Below are positions 17,523-24,654 of a stretch of 45,239 nucleotides of DNA, piece by piece. Location of the stretch: the IMG/VR virus record IMGVR_UViG_3300032373_000029, positions 1 to 45,239 of that record; one strand, written 5' to 3'. The position numbers and the translations under genes were made by a program. Under the pieces are notes generated by a model. The model had not been told where the DNA came from, did not search any database, and saw only the letters and a program-made list of their open reading frames with translations. How positions within the stretch are numbered: position 1 is the first letter of the stretch; every line of letters starts with the position of its first letter. The stretch is from a virus (taxonomy: Duplodnaviria; Caudoviricetes).

Positions 17523-18627
17523 TCGCTGCGTCTGGAACTGCCAGGCCGGATACTGCGGCAATGTGAGTCGCAACGCCAACCTTCGTGTAAATGTTCGCCG
17601 TCATTGCCGGGCTGCTGTGCCGCATGAGCTTCTGGGCAACGACCAGGTGGACGCCGCTCAGGGCCAGGTCCGTGGCGAACTTCACGCGGAACCCGTGGCG
17701 ATCTGCGTAGCCCTCAGGCGTCTCGTAGTCGACCTTCGCCTTGCCGAGGTCGCGAACGATCGTGCGCATGTTCGGCGTCGAGGGGAAGACGAGCTCGGCA
17801 GGCGCGCCCGTCGGCTTGGGGTATCGGGGAAGGTCAAGCTCGCCTGCTCGGTAGGACTGAAGCAGGTTCGCCAGGTCTGGGTGCAGGGGAAGCTCGGCTG
17901 ACTTGCGGTTTTTCGAGGTCGAAGGGCGAACGCGAATCAGCGCCTTCTCGAAGTCGACGTCGCCCCAGACGGTCCGCGCAGTCTCGGTCCGGCGGAGGCC
18001 AGTCAGGGCGTGCCACAGGTAGATCAACTGCCGGTAAGGAGGTGCGACCTCAAGCAGCCTGCCGAACTCTTCGTGCGTGAGCGGTCGCCGAGGGTGACGC
18101 GGGTCGCCCTTGGGCAACACAGGCAGGTCCAAGAAGGGGTTCGTCTTGATCCGCTTCGTCTTCACCAGCCAACGGGCGAAGCGCACGAGCTGCCTGCGGT
18201 GGTTGTTCACGGTTGTGTTGCTGAGCCGCCCCTTGCGGTGCTTGGCATGGCCTCGCTGGGGCTGCCTCGCTTTGACCTCCTGAAGCCAGGTCTCGCCAAG
18301 TGCGTAGGTCAACTGCCCGAGCGAGACAACCCGCTGCGTGGTGAGGAAGTCGCGAACGGCCTTGATTACGCGGTTCTTGTGGTGCTGCGTCATTTCCGAC
18401 GCCTCGACCTCCTCCTGATAGGCCACCCAGTGAGGCTCAATGCTCCCTCGCGCGTCGGCAGGAGCCGCCTCAAGGCCAAGCTTCGCCCGCGTGACCTCGG
18501 TCACAAGCTCAGCGAGCAGGGTCTCGGCGTTGCGCTTGTGAGTCGTGCGAAGGCTCTTGCGCTGCCGCACACCGTTCGCGTCCCAGTAGTCGGCCCAGTA
18601 CGTCTTCCCGCGCTTGTAGATCGGCAT
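17491..18627 (-). CDS. int: Tyrosine integrase (378 aa)
   Basis: Arm-binding N-terminus MPIYKRGKTYWADY; catalytic TGLRRTE, KNRK, HGFR, MRHS and NIYTK residues. Confidence 0.95.
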   Translation of the reverse strand: MPIYKRGKTYWADYWDANGVRQRKSLRTTHKRNAETLLAELVTEVTRAKLGLEAAPADARGSIEPHWVAYQEEVEASEMTQHHKNRVIKAVRDFLTTQRVVSLGQLTYALGETWLQEVKARQPQRGHAKHRKGRLSNTTVNNHRRQLVRFARWLVKTKRIKTNPFLDLPVLPKGDPRHPRRPLTHEEFGRLLEVAPPYRQLIYLWHALTGLRRTETARTVWGDVDFEKALIRVRPSTSKNRKSAELPLHPDLANLLQSYRAGELDLPRYPKPTGAPAELVFPSTPNMRTIVRDLGKAKVDYETPEGYADRHGFRVKFATDLALSGVHLVVAQKLMRHSSPAMTANIYTKVGVATHIAAVSGLAVPDAATRHTSDTASA

Positions 18628-18679
18628 GTGGTCGCTCGGGTCGCGACCTGCTACGCTTGGGTCGCTTGAGAAAAGCACT

Positions 18680-18716
18680 GGGCCCATGGACTGCCGCCTA
18701 AAGCGTCCATGGGCCC
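18680..18716. promoter_or_regulatory. Perfect 12-bp inverted repeat between int and the divergent membrane-protein gene
   Basis: GGGCCCATGGAC-N13-GTCCATGGGCCC. Confidence 0.55.
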
Positions 18717-18815
18717 GCTTACTGTACGGGGGGCAACATCTCGCGTCTAGCGCCTTCTGCGCGTACGCAAGGTAGATGATTGCGCTCTCCGCGCCCGGCG
18801 CGCATGGTGGCCGGC

Positions 18816-19349
18816 ATGGTCACCGAAGCATTCCTCGCCTTGCTCGCCACCTTCATGGTCGCCCTCGCCCCGCTCTTTTTCGGGGCCGCCCACGCGAAGA
18901 TCGGCAAGGGCGCGTCGTGGACGGCGGCCAGCCTCGCTGTCCCGGTTGCTCTGGGCCTGGCCGGAGGGCTCCTAGGCTTCGCGAGCAAGTCTATCGGTGC
19001 GATCCTGGTCTTCACAGCGGCCAGCTTCGTGGCCTCAATCGTCGTGCCGGCCATGGGCGTCAACGCGATCGCGGTGGAGGTCCAGAGGGAGCGAAAGCAC
19101 GAGGCCGCCAGAGCCAGACGCAAGGCGACCCCCTCGCAGCGGCTGGCCAAGCAAAGCTCGCGCGACGACTACGACCCTCGCGACTACGAGACCCCTGAGT
19201 GGGAGTCGGGCGGGATCCGCGAGGCCGATCAGGACGCCCTGGAGGAGAGCAAGTATCCGATCCAAATGCAGGAGCTCGAGCGCGCGCTGGAGGCCAAGGA
19301 GCAGCGGGAGCGGCGAGAGAAGGCCCCGAAGCGCAGGCGGCGGCGGTAG
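18816..19349 (+). CDS. Three-TM membrane protein with charged C-terminal tail (177 aa); possible superinfection-exclusion or lysogenic-conversion gene
   Basis: Three hydrophobic segments; TTGCGC-N17-CATGGT lies 7 nt before the ATG (leaderless-like); divergent from int. Confidence 0.65.
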   Translation: MVTEAFLALLATFMVALAPLFFGAAHAKIGKGASWTAASLAVPVALGLAGGLLGFASKSIGAILVFTAASFVASIVVPAMGVNAIAVEVQRERKHEAARARRKATPSQRLAKQSSRDDYDPRDYETPEWESGGIREADQDALEESKYPIQMQELERALEAKEQRERREKAPKRRRRR

Positions 19350-19384
19350 GGGGGGTCGGACTGCGGGCCGTCTGGCGGGAGCGT

Positions 19385-19413
19385 TTGCAGCGGGCCAGGC
19401 GAGCCCATACTCT
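19385..19413 (+). promoter_or_regulatory. Sigma70-like promoter of the three-gene cassette
   Basis: TTGCAG-N17-TACTCT, followed by SD AAGGAG at 19437-19442. Confidence 0.65.
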
Positions 19414-19448
19414 CTGTGGGCGCCGTGGCGCGAACCAAGGAGACGAGC

Positions 19449-19955
19449 ATGGAGCCCGAACCATACGGAAAGATCGCCTACGAAATGATCAAGGGGAACC
19501 ATTACCGCATGGTTCACGTTGACGGAGCGCACGGGGGAGTCACCTCGGTCAACACGATCGTCATGAACGTGTTCAGCGAGCGGAACCCGATTCCGAAGAG
19601 GACCGTGCAGTCCGTGGTGAAGACCCCAGAGGGAGGGCTTCGGCTCGGCGGCGAGGTCCCTGGGGCAACGTTGACCAGGACAGGGGTCATTCGCGAGGTG
19701 GAAGCCGGCCTGGTCATGACGCCCAGCGTGGCAGCCGCCCTGCGAGACTGGCTGGACGTGAAGATCAAGCAGGCCAGCGCTGCGCGAGAGGCCACAAAGA
19801 AGAGAGCCGCGCCCAAGAAGAAAGCCGCGCCCAAGAAGAAGGCTACGGCCAAGAAGAAGGCCGGCGCTAAGAAGGCTACGGCCAAGAAGAAGGCTACGGC
19901 CAAGAAGAAGGCCGGCGCTAAGAAGGCTACGGCCAAGAAGAAGCGCAAGAAGTGA
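19449..19955 (+). CDS. DUF3467-like protein with Lys/Ala histone-H1-like tail (168 aa)
   Basis: KGNHYRMVHVDGAHGGVT...FSERNPIP...REVEAGLVMTPSVAAALRDWL, then KKAAP/KKATA repeats that include a 51-nt tandem duplication at 19833-19934. Confidence 0.65.
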   Translation: MEPEPYGKIAYEMIKGNHYRMVHVDGAHGGVTSVNTIVMNVFSERNPIPKRTVQSVVKTPEGGLRLGGEVPGATLTRTGVIREVEAGLVMTPSVAAALRDWLDVKIKQASAAREATKKRAAPKKKAAPKKKATAKKKAGAKKATAKKKATAKKKAGAKKATAKKKRKK

Positions 19956-20533
19956 CCGCACTTCTCGCCGAGCACTCCTCCTTCAGCGCCCCGCCAGCCA
20001 ATCTAGGGTCGGGGCTACTGGAGAGACTGGTGGAGGCGCCTGGTTGGTCCGTCTCGTTTGCGGGGGGGTCTGGGGAGGACGCGCCAGCCCCTGACGAAAC
20101 CGAGGCCCCGCTAACACACAGACCTGGAGTGCTGTTCAGCCTGGGCTGGGAGGGCAACGTGGTGATCGATAACCAGTCGAGGTGGAGAGACTGGAGGGGG
20201 GAAACTCGCTCCCTCCAGAAACTGGAGGACAACTGGAACGGGTTTGGGGTCGAAGCCCCCAACAAAACCTCAGTGAAGAATGCCCTACGCATTATCGACC
20301 TGCTCGAGAATCTCGTGCTTGAGCCCATTCACGTACAAGCGAGTGGCGACGGCGGTGTAGTCGTGGCCGTGCATGGCGAGCTCGGGGTGGAGACCTCCAA
20401 CTCGGGAGAGATTGTTGCCGTCTACCTCCCGCGTGGGAGGCGGGCCATATTCGAGGAGCTTGAGCCGAGCCTCGGCAGCAAAGCCCAGCAGACCCTGCAT
20501 GGATTGATCCACGACAGCTGGCCCTCAAGGTGA
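19952..20533 (+). CDS. Putative antitoxin-like protein (193 aa)
   Basis: Disordered-looking N-terminus, then LQKLEDNWNGFGVEAP...A...P...ASGDGGV, a motif I recall upstream of ART-like genes; GTGA coupling on both sides. Confidence 0.55.
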   Translation: MTALLAEHSSFSAPPANLGSGLLERLVEAPGWSVSFAGGSGEDAPAPDETEAPLTHRPGVLFSLGWEGNVVIDNQSRWRDWRGETRSLQKLEDNWNGFGVEAPNKTSVKNALRIIDLLENLVLEPIHVQASGDGGVVVAVHGELGVETSNSGEIVAVYLPRGRRAIFEELEPSLGSKAQQTLHGLIHDSWPSR

Positions 20534-20952
20534 GCGGCCCCGACCTTGACGAAGATATCTGGCGAAGGGTTCCGCGGGGCTGGGAGGGCATGGAGCCGAT
20601 CATTAAGTGGGGCTGGATCCAGGCACCAAACACGAGCGTGAACTGGAAGAGTCGCTCGACGCCGAAGCAGGCCCTGGACAGCGCAAAGAATCCAGCTAAC
20701 TGGATCCTTGCTGAGTGCCTCACAGCCCAGGTAACACTTACTCTTCCTCCGCCAGAGGATCTTAAGGAAACGGCGGAGCGAGTCTCATTCCGGGTCGACC
20801 ACGCCCCACTCCAGGGCAACCCTGGGCACTGCGAGATCCGCGGCTACAAGGCGAAAGCGCCAAGCAAGCCCGTGAAGAATCTCAACAGCACGATTAAGCG
20901 AATGTTTCGGAAGCGCTTCGCTGAGGCCTTGCGAGTTGGGGAGTCGTTCTAG
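20530..20952 (+). CDS. Putative ADP-ribosyltransferase-fold toxin (140 aa)
   Basis: IWRRVP (strand-1 Arg), TSVNW (Ser motif) and VDHAPLQGNPGHCEIRG (HxP..NPxHxxI), typical of small ART/RES-like proteins. Confidence 0.6.
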   Translation: MSGPDLDEDIWRRVPRGWEGMEPIIKWGWIQAPNTSVNWKSRSTPKQALDSAKNPANWILAECLTAQVTLTLPPPEDLKETAERVSFRVDHAPLQGNPGHCEIRGYKAKAPSKPVKNLNSTIKRMFRKRFAEALRVGESF

Positions 20953-21117
20953 CCGGCCCCTTTGCCCCAGCCACCACCACACCTCCCGCCGCGGCGCCCC
21001 GTCAGCCTCAATCGGGATCCCCCGCACCGCGAGCCAGTCCCAGGCCTCCGCCTGGTCGCAGAGCAGCAGCTCCGCAAGTTCGGGCAGCGTGAAGTGCGTG
21101 GGCTCGTCGTAGGTCAT
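20785..21117 (-). CDS. Small HTH-like protein whose 3' part overlaps the toxin gene
   Basis: FTLPELAELLLCDQAEAWDWLAVRGIP is HTH-like; the last 168 nt are antisense to the ART-like gene. Confidence 0.4.
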   Translation of the reverse strand: MTYDEPTHFTLPELAELLLCDQAEAWDWLAVRGIPIEADGAPRREVWWWLGQRGRLERLPNSQGLSEALPKHSLNRAVEILHGLAWRFRLVAADLAVPRVALEWGVVDPE

Positions 21118-21227
21118 GCCCCAGCCCGAGCAACCTGCAGGCCCAGGCGGCCGGCGAGGGCGGGGGGTTTAGGGCGAGACGAATCGCCAGGGTGGGCAAG
21201 ATCTGCCCAGCGTGGGCGAGGTGGGTC

Positions 21228-21437
21228 TCAGGCCTCGTGCTGGTCGATCAGCCAGCGCACAGCCGCTGGCCTCCCCCGAAGCCCGTGCTCCTGCGCGATC
21301 GCGTCTAGGGCCGCCGCGTGCGTCGTGGACATTTCCACCGTGACCTTCACGCGCTCCGCCCCCTGAATCTCCTTCGGCCTGCCAGCGCCCTCGCGAGCTC
21401 CTCCACGGCCTGAGGCCTTGGCCTTCTTCTTCGCCAT
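21228..21437 (-). CDS. Ribbon-helix-helix (CopG/Arc-like) regulator (69 aa)
   Basis: RGGAREGAGRP leader followed by a VKVTVEM strand and two helices; SD GGGGAG. Confidence 0.8.
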   Translation of the reverse strand: MAKKKAKASGRGGAREGAGRPKEIQGAERVKVTVEMSTTHAAALDAIAQEHGLRGRPAAVRWLIDQHEA

Positions 21438-21480
21438 TGCTAGACTCCCCTTGGAAGACTCGCCCGTGTGGTGGTGGGAA

Positions 21481-21509
21481 TTCCCCCCGGGGGTCTAGCC
21501 CGGGGGGAA
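21481..21509. promoter_or_regulatory. Perfect 11-bp GC hairpin after the micro-peptide stop
   Basis: TTCCCCCCGGG-GGTCTAG-CCCGGGGGGAA. Confidence 0.7.
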
Positions 21510-21516
21510 CGCCGCG

Positions 21517-21585
21517 TTAGCGGCTCAGGGTCACAGTCAGGCGGTAAGGCCCGATCTGGATCCTGATCTGAATCACCATTTTCAC
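21517..21585 (-). CDS. 22-aa beta-hairpin-like micro-peptide MKMVIQIRIQIGPYRLTVTLSR (not in ORF track)
   Basis: GTG start 6 nt after SD GAAAGGA; TAA stop; alternating hydrophobic pattern around a GP turn. Confidence 0.65.
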   Translation of the reverse strand: MKMVIQIRIQIGPYRLTVTLSR

Positions 21586-21614
21586 AGGCGATCCTTTCTC
21601 AAGTGCGGTTTATG

Positions 21615-21656
21615 GAAACAGCCAGTAGGGCCTCCCTACCTGGCTGTTTCTGTTTT
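21615..21656 (+). terminator. Long hairpin with a plus-strand T-tract (possible antisense-RNA terminator, or 5' stem of the minus-strand transcript)
   Basis: GAAACAGCCA-GTAGGG-CCT-CCCTAC-C-TGGCTGTTTC then TGTTTT. Confidence 0.5.
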
Positions 21657-21737
21657 AACCGGCGTTTTCTAATGGCGCCATAGAAATCCACGGCGTTTTC
21701 ATAAGTGCATCTGCGTCGGTGGATTTAGCCCCACACG

Positions 21738-21772
21738 AAACAAGCCCCGACGCGGGAAGTCCACGCCGGGGC
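21738..21772 (-). terminator. Intrinsic terminator of the late operon
   Basis: Minus strand GCCCCGGCGTGG-ACTTC-CCGCGTCGGGGC followed by TTGTTT, just after the last late gene. Confidence 0.7.
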
Positions 21773-21789
21773 CAGCCTCGGAAGTGTGT

Positions 21790-21873
21790 TTAGCTCAAGC
21801 AGGCCACAGCGCAGGCCACAAGCGCGACCAGGAGCACGAAGACGCAGGCCGCGGAGAGCTCGGCTCCGGTCAC
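21790..21873 (-). CDS. 27-aa hydrophobic peptide (not in ORF track)
   Basis: MTGAELSAACVFVLLVALVACAVACLS; GTGA overlap with the upstream gene. Confidence 0.5.
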   Translation of the reverse strand: MTGAELSAACVFVLLVALVACAVACLS

Positions 21874-22229
21874 GCCACGACCAGGGCCGCAGCCACGATC
21901 TTGAGCGCGACCAGGGCGACCTTGCCGGCCTCCCTTAGGACCTGCCGCAGCAGCTCGGCCCGCGCCTCGACCCTGAGCGCCTCGTGCGCCGCCTCGCCCG
22001 TTAGCTCCCGCTGACGAGCCCGGCGCGCGTCGAAGGCCATGTTGGCCAGCCCGGCGTCCCCGTCCTCCTCGTAGGCCGTGGTGACCCCGTCGAAGAAGGC
22101 CGCGAGCTCGACTTCGGCCATGCCCCGCAGCTTCCCCAGGAGCGGGCGGAAGCCCTCCAGCGCTTCCTGAAGCTCGGGGTCCCCCTTGGCCTCCTTGACG
22201 GCGCCCGCAAGCTTCTGCTCCAGGCTCAC
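21870..22229 (-). CDS. Helical protein with C-terminal hydrophobic anchor (119 aa), lysis region
   Basis: Start re-called to GTG at 22229; ends VALVALKIVAAALVVA. Confidence 0.65.
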   Translation of the reverse strand: MSLEQKLAGAVKEAKGDPELQEALEGFRPLLGKLRGMAEVELAAFFDGVTTAYEEDGDAGLANMAFDARRARQRELTGEAAHEALRVEARAELLRQVLREAGKVALVALKIVAAALVVA

Positions 22230-22480
22230 TCGGGCACCTTCACGCCGAGCCTCGCGAACACGTCGCGCCCCGGCTTCGCGCCACCCAGGCGCCAGCTTTG
22301 GACTGCCCACGAGTCGGCGTTGTCTTGGCCGACGAGGCGAGCCTGCCTCGGGAGCGAGGCGTCTGCCGCGTGCGCCCGGTTGATCTCCGCGTACGCGGCT
22401 GCGCGCTTGCGAGCGCCCTCGTGGGTGCAGCAGCCCGCGCAGGCCAAGACGACGGCCGCGACCAGCGCGCGCCACCTCAC
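22226..22480 (-). CDS. Lipoprotein, spanin-like candidate (84 aa)
   Basis: MRWRALVAAVVLACAGC signal peptide with lipobox; follows the holin-like gene. Confidence 0.6.
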   Translation of the reverse strand: MRWRALVAAVVLACAGCCTHEGARKRAAAYAEINRAHAADASLPRQARLVGQDNADSWAVQSWRLGGAKPGRDVFARLGVKVPE

Positions 22481-22662
22481 AGGCCCTCCCCCTTGGCCTT
22501 GCCTCTGCCGTGGCTGTAGCCCGCGGAGGTGATCGCAGCGGCAGCGCCCCAGGCCGTGGCGTCGAGCTTGCCGAGGGCGATCAGCACCGTGGCGCAGATC
22601 AGCACGGCGAGGGCGAACCAGAACTCGGTGGACTGCCAGCCCGGCTTGGTCGTCTTGGTCAC
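22477..22662 (-). CDS. Holin-like two-TM protein (61 aa)
   Basis: KPGWQSTEFW followed by two hydrophobic segments and a basic tail. Confidence 0.65.
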   Translation of the reverse strand: MTKTTKPGWQSTEFWFALAVLICATVLIALGKLDATAWGAAAAITSAGYSHGRGKAKGEGL

Positions 22663-22934
22663 TTGCCACCTCGCCCTAGGCCGATCACGGCCTTCTCTAG
22701 GTCTCGAATCCTGGCCTTGACGGCCTTGGAGTCCTCGCGAATCTTCTCGATCTCGCGGTCGCGCTCCGCCTGAACGCTCACCTGCGTCTTGAGCTCACTG
22801 ACCGCCTCGCGGAGCTTTCCGATCTCGGTGCCAAGCCCGTTGAAGAACCAGGCGCCAACGCTCAAGGCGAGCCCTGCGAATGCCATGAGGGCCCAGGAAA
22901 TGACCTTGTCGACCCGAGGGTCAGGCTTCGTCAC
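22659..22934 (-). CDS. TM plus coiled-coil protein (91 aa), lysis-associated
   Basis: Start re-called to GTG at 22934; N-terminal TM segment then heptads ending RIRDLEK. Confidence 0.65.
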   Translation of the reverse strand: MTKPDPRVDKVISWALMAFAGLALSVGAWFFNGLGTEIGKLREAVSELKTQVSVQAERDREIEKIREDSKAVKARIRDLEKAVIGLGRGGK

Positions 22935-23269
22935 TTGGCGCCCCGCTTGCGGCTGGCCTTCTTCTTGGTGGCCTTCTTCTTGGCTGTCGACTTGGCGCGC
23001 GTTGCGGCCTTCGCTTGCTCCTCCTCGCCCTTGGGGGGGTCGGGCCTGACGATCCTGAACTCGCCCGCGTCGAGGTCTGTGCTCCAGGTCCCGACGCCTT
23101 CGAGGCTGTGACCGCAGTCCAAGAAGAGTTGCTGAAGGTCCCTTTCTAGGTCCGCCTTGGCCCGCTCGATTCTGGCGCCGATTTCGGCTTGCCGATTGGC
23201 GTTCGCGCGCTTCACAAGCTCGAACTGAGCTTGGCGGTCCTTGGGAATCTTGTGCACGGTCTCGGTCAC
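22931..23269 (-). CDS. Hypothetical protein with Lys-rich tail (112 aa)
   Basis: SD AAGGAG upstream; ends KKKATKKKASRKRGAK. Confidence 0.7.
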   Translation of the reverse strand: MTETVHKIPKDRQAQFELVKRANANRQAEIGARIERAKADLERDLQQLFLDCGHSLEGVGTWSTDLDAGEFRIVRPDPPKGEEEQAKAATRAKSTAKKKATKKKASRKRGAK

Positions 23270-23341
23270 GTCGTCTCCTTGGTTTGCAGGCCGCCCCCAG
23301 GCTCCCGCTGTCCATGCACCCTTGCCCGGCGCTCCGACGAA

Positions 23342-23668
23342 CTAGGCGAGCTTCGCGTCCAGGTCCCCGAGGGCCTCAGCGCGCAAGACCTGCTTGGCCC
23401 ACGGGGGCGCAGCCGTGCCGGCGTCTCGCGCCGACTCGATTCGAAGCGCCGCGAGCTGCAGCGGGCTGAGTCCGCGAGCGCGAGCCTCCGCGCGAATCTT
23501 GGTCGCTCGCGTTGGCGCCCAGGCTTCCGCGGCCGCCTGCGCGGCGGCGCGCTGCTTCTCGGTAGCGCCCTCCTGCATGACGACCTCGAGGGCCCCGCCC
23601 TTGGTTCTGCGAATGCTTTTGAGTTTGTGGCCTGCTGCAGCCAAGGTGTCGTGGATCTCGGCAATCAC
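23342..23668 (-). CDS. Hypothetical protein, possible fibre chaperone (108 aa)
   Basis: GTG at 23668 overlaps the stop of the upstream fibre-like gene. Confidence 0.6.
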   Translation of the reverse strand: MIAEIHDTLAAAGHKLKSIRRTKGGALEVVMQEGATEKQRAAAQAAAEAWAPTRATKIRAEARARGLSPLQLAALRIESARDAGTAAPPWAKQVLRAEALGDLDAKLA

Positions 23669-24654
23669 TAGCGCTGCCCCCTGGAGAACATGCCCGACTG
23701 GCTCGTGTGAGTTCCCGCGCCGTCCCCGAAGAATGTGATTGTGTAGGTGTCGCTCGTGGAGATCCCTTGCAGGTAGTGAACTCCAATCCCTGGGCGCCCT
23801 GCCCATTTGGTCTCGCCCATGAACTCGGCGCCTGTCCCGCTCCCGCCGAACCGGAACCAGACGGCGGCGGTCCGGTCGTAGGTTGTCGCGGAGTCCAGGG
23901 CGACCACGAAGGTCCCGATCCCCGCGTCGTCGAATGTCAGGTGCGCCGACGCCTCCATGGGCTCCTCGTCTAGCCCAATCACAAACTCATGCTTCCAAGC
24001 AGCGTCGCCGGAGTTGATCGCAGAGAAGGTCCCATTGCCCGCCTCCGTCCATGAGCTAGTCCCGTCGTGTCCCCAGTCCACGTAGTCCACGCGGTTGTCC
24101 TTGTTCCAGACAAACCGGGCGCGCTCGGCGTCGGTGAGTTGGCTGCTCCCGTTTGTGTAGATCGTCCCGATATACCGGCGCGTGAGAGCGCCCGTCTTGC
24201 TGAGAATCCCGTCTTGCGCCACGAGCGCGGTAGCCCGCGCGGTTCCTGAACTCCACGCCAAGATCTCCAGCGTTACGGTTGACCCCGAGGCGTAGGCGAA
24301 CACGTCGTAGACGGTGCTGGCGCCAAGCGTCGGGGCGAGCGTCACGCCCGTCGCGCCGAGGTCGTATAGGGCCCAGGTCGTGCCATTGAAAAGCGAGATT
24401 CGTCGTCCCCGGTGCGGCAGTAGGTATATCGAGGTCTTGGCGGTCTGGTCCGAGGTCGGCACAGACTCAGTGCTCGACAGGCTTAGCCGTCCCTCCTGAA
24501 CAGAGGGAGGCGCAACCGCCTCGCCGAGGGGGCCGATCTCGGCTCCCGCGTCGTCTAGGTAATGAGCCCCGTCGCTCTTGAAGTAGAGGCGCCAGGAGCC
24601 GCTTGCCGGGGTGCTGGGGGTGGAGGCCTGCTCGGCCATGGTCAGGTCAGCCAT
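23668..24654 (-). CDS. Tail fibre / receptor-binding-like protein (328 aa)
   Basis: STPSTPASGSWRLYFKSDG, GRLSLSS...PTSDQT and TRRYIGTI...FVWN motifs of phage tail proteins; Thr/Ser/Gly-rich. Confidence 0.65.
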   Translation of the reverse strand: MADLTMAEQASTPSTPASGSWRLYFKSDGAHYLDDAGAEIGPLGEAVAPPSVQEGRLSLSSTESVPTSDQTAKTSIYLLPHRGRRISLFNGTTWALYDLGATGVTLAPTLGASTVYDVFAYASGSTVTLEILAWSSGTARATALVAQDGILSKTGALTRRYIGTIYTNGSSQLTDAERARFVWNKDNRVDYVDWGHDGTSSWTEAGNGTFSAINSGDAAWKHEFVIGLDEEPMEASAHLTFDDAGIGTFVVALDSATTYDRTAAVWFRFGGSGTGAEFMGETKWAGRPGIGVHYLQGISTSDTYTITFFGDGAGTHTSQSGMFSRGQR

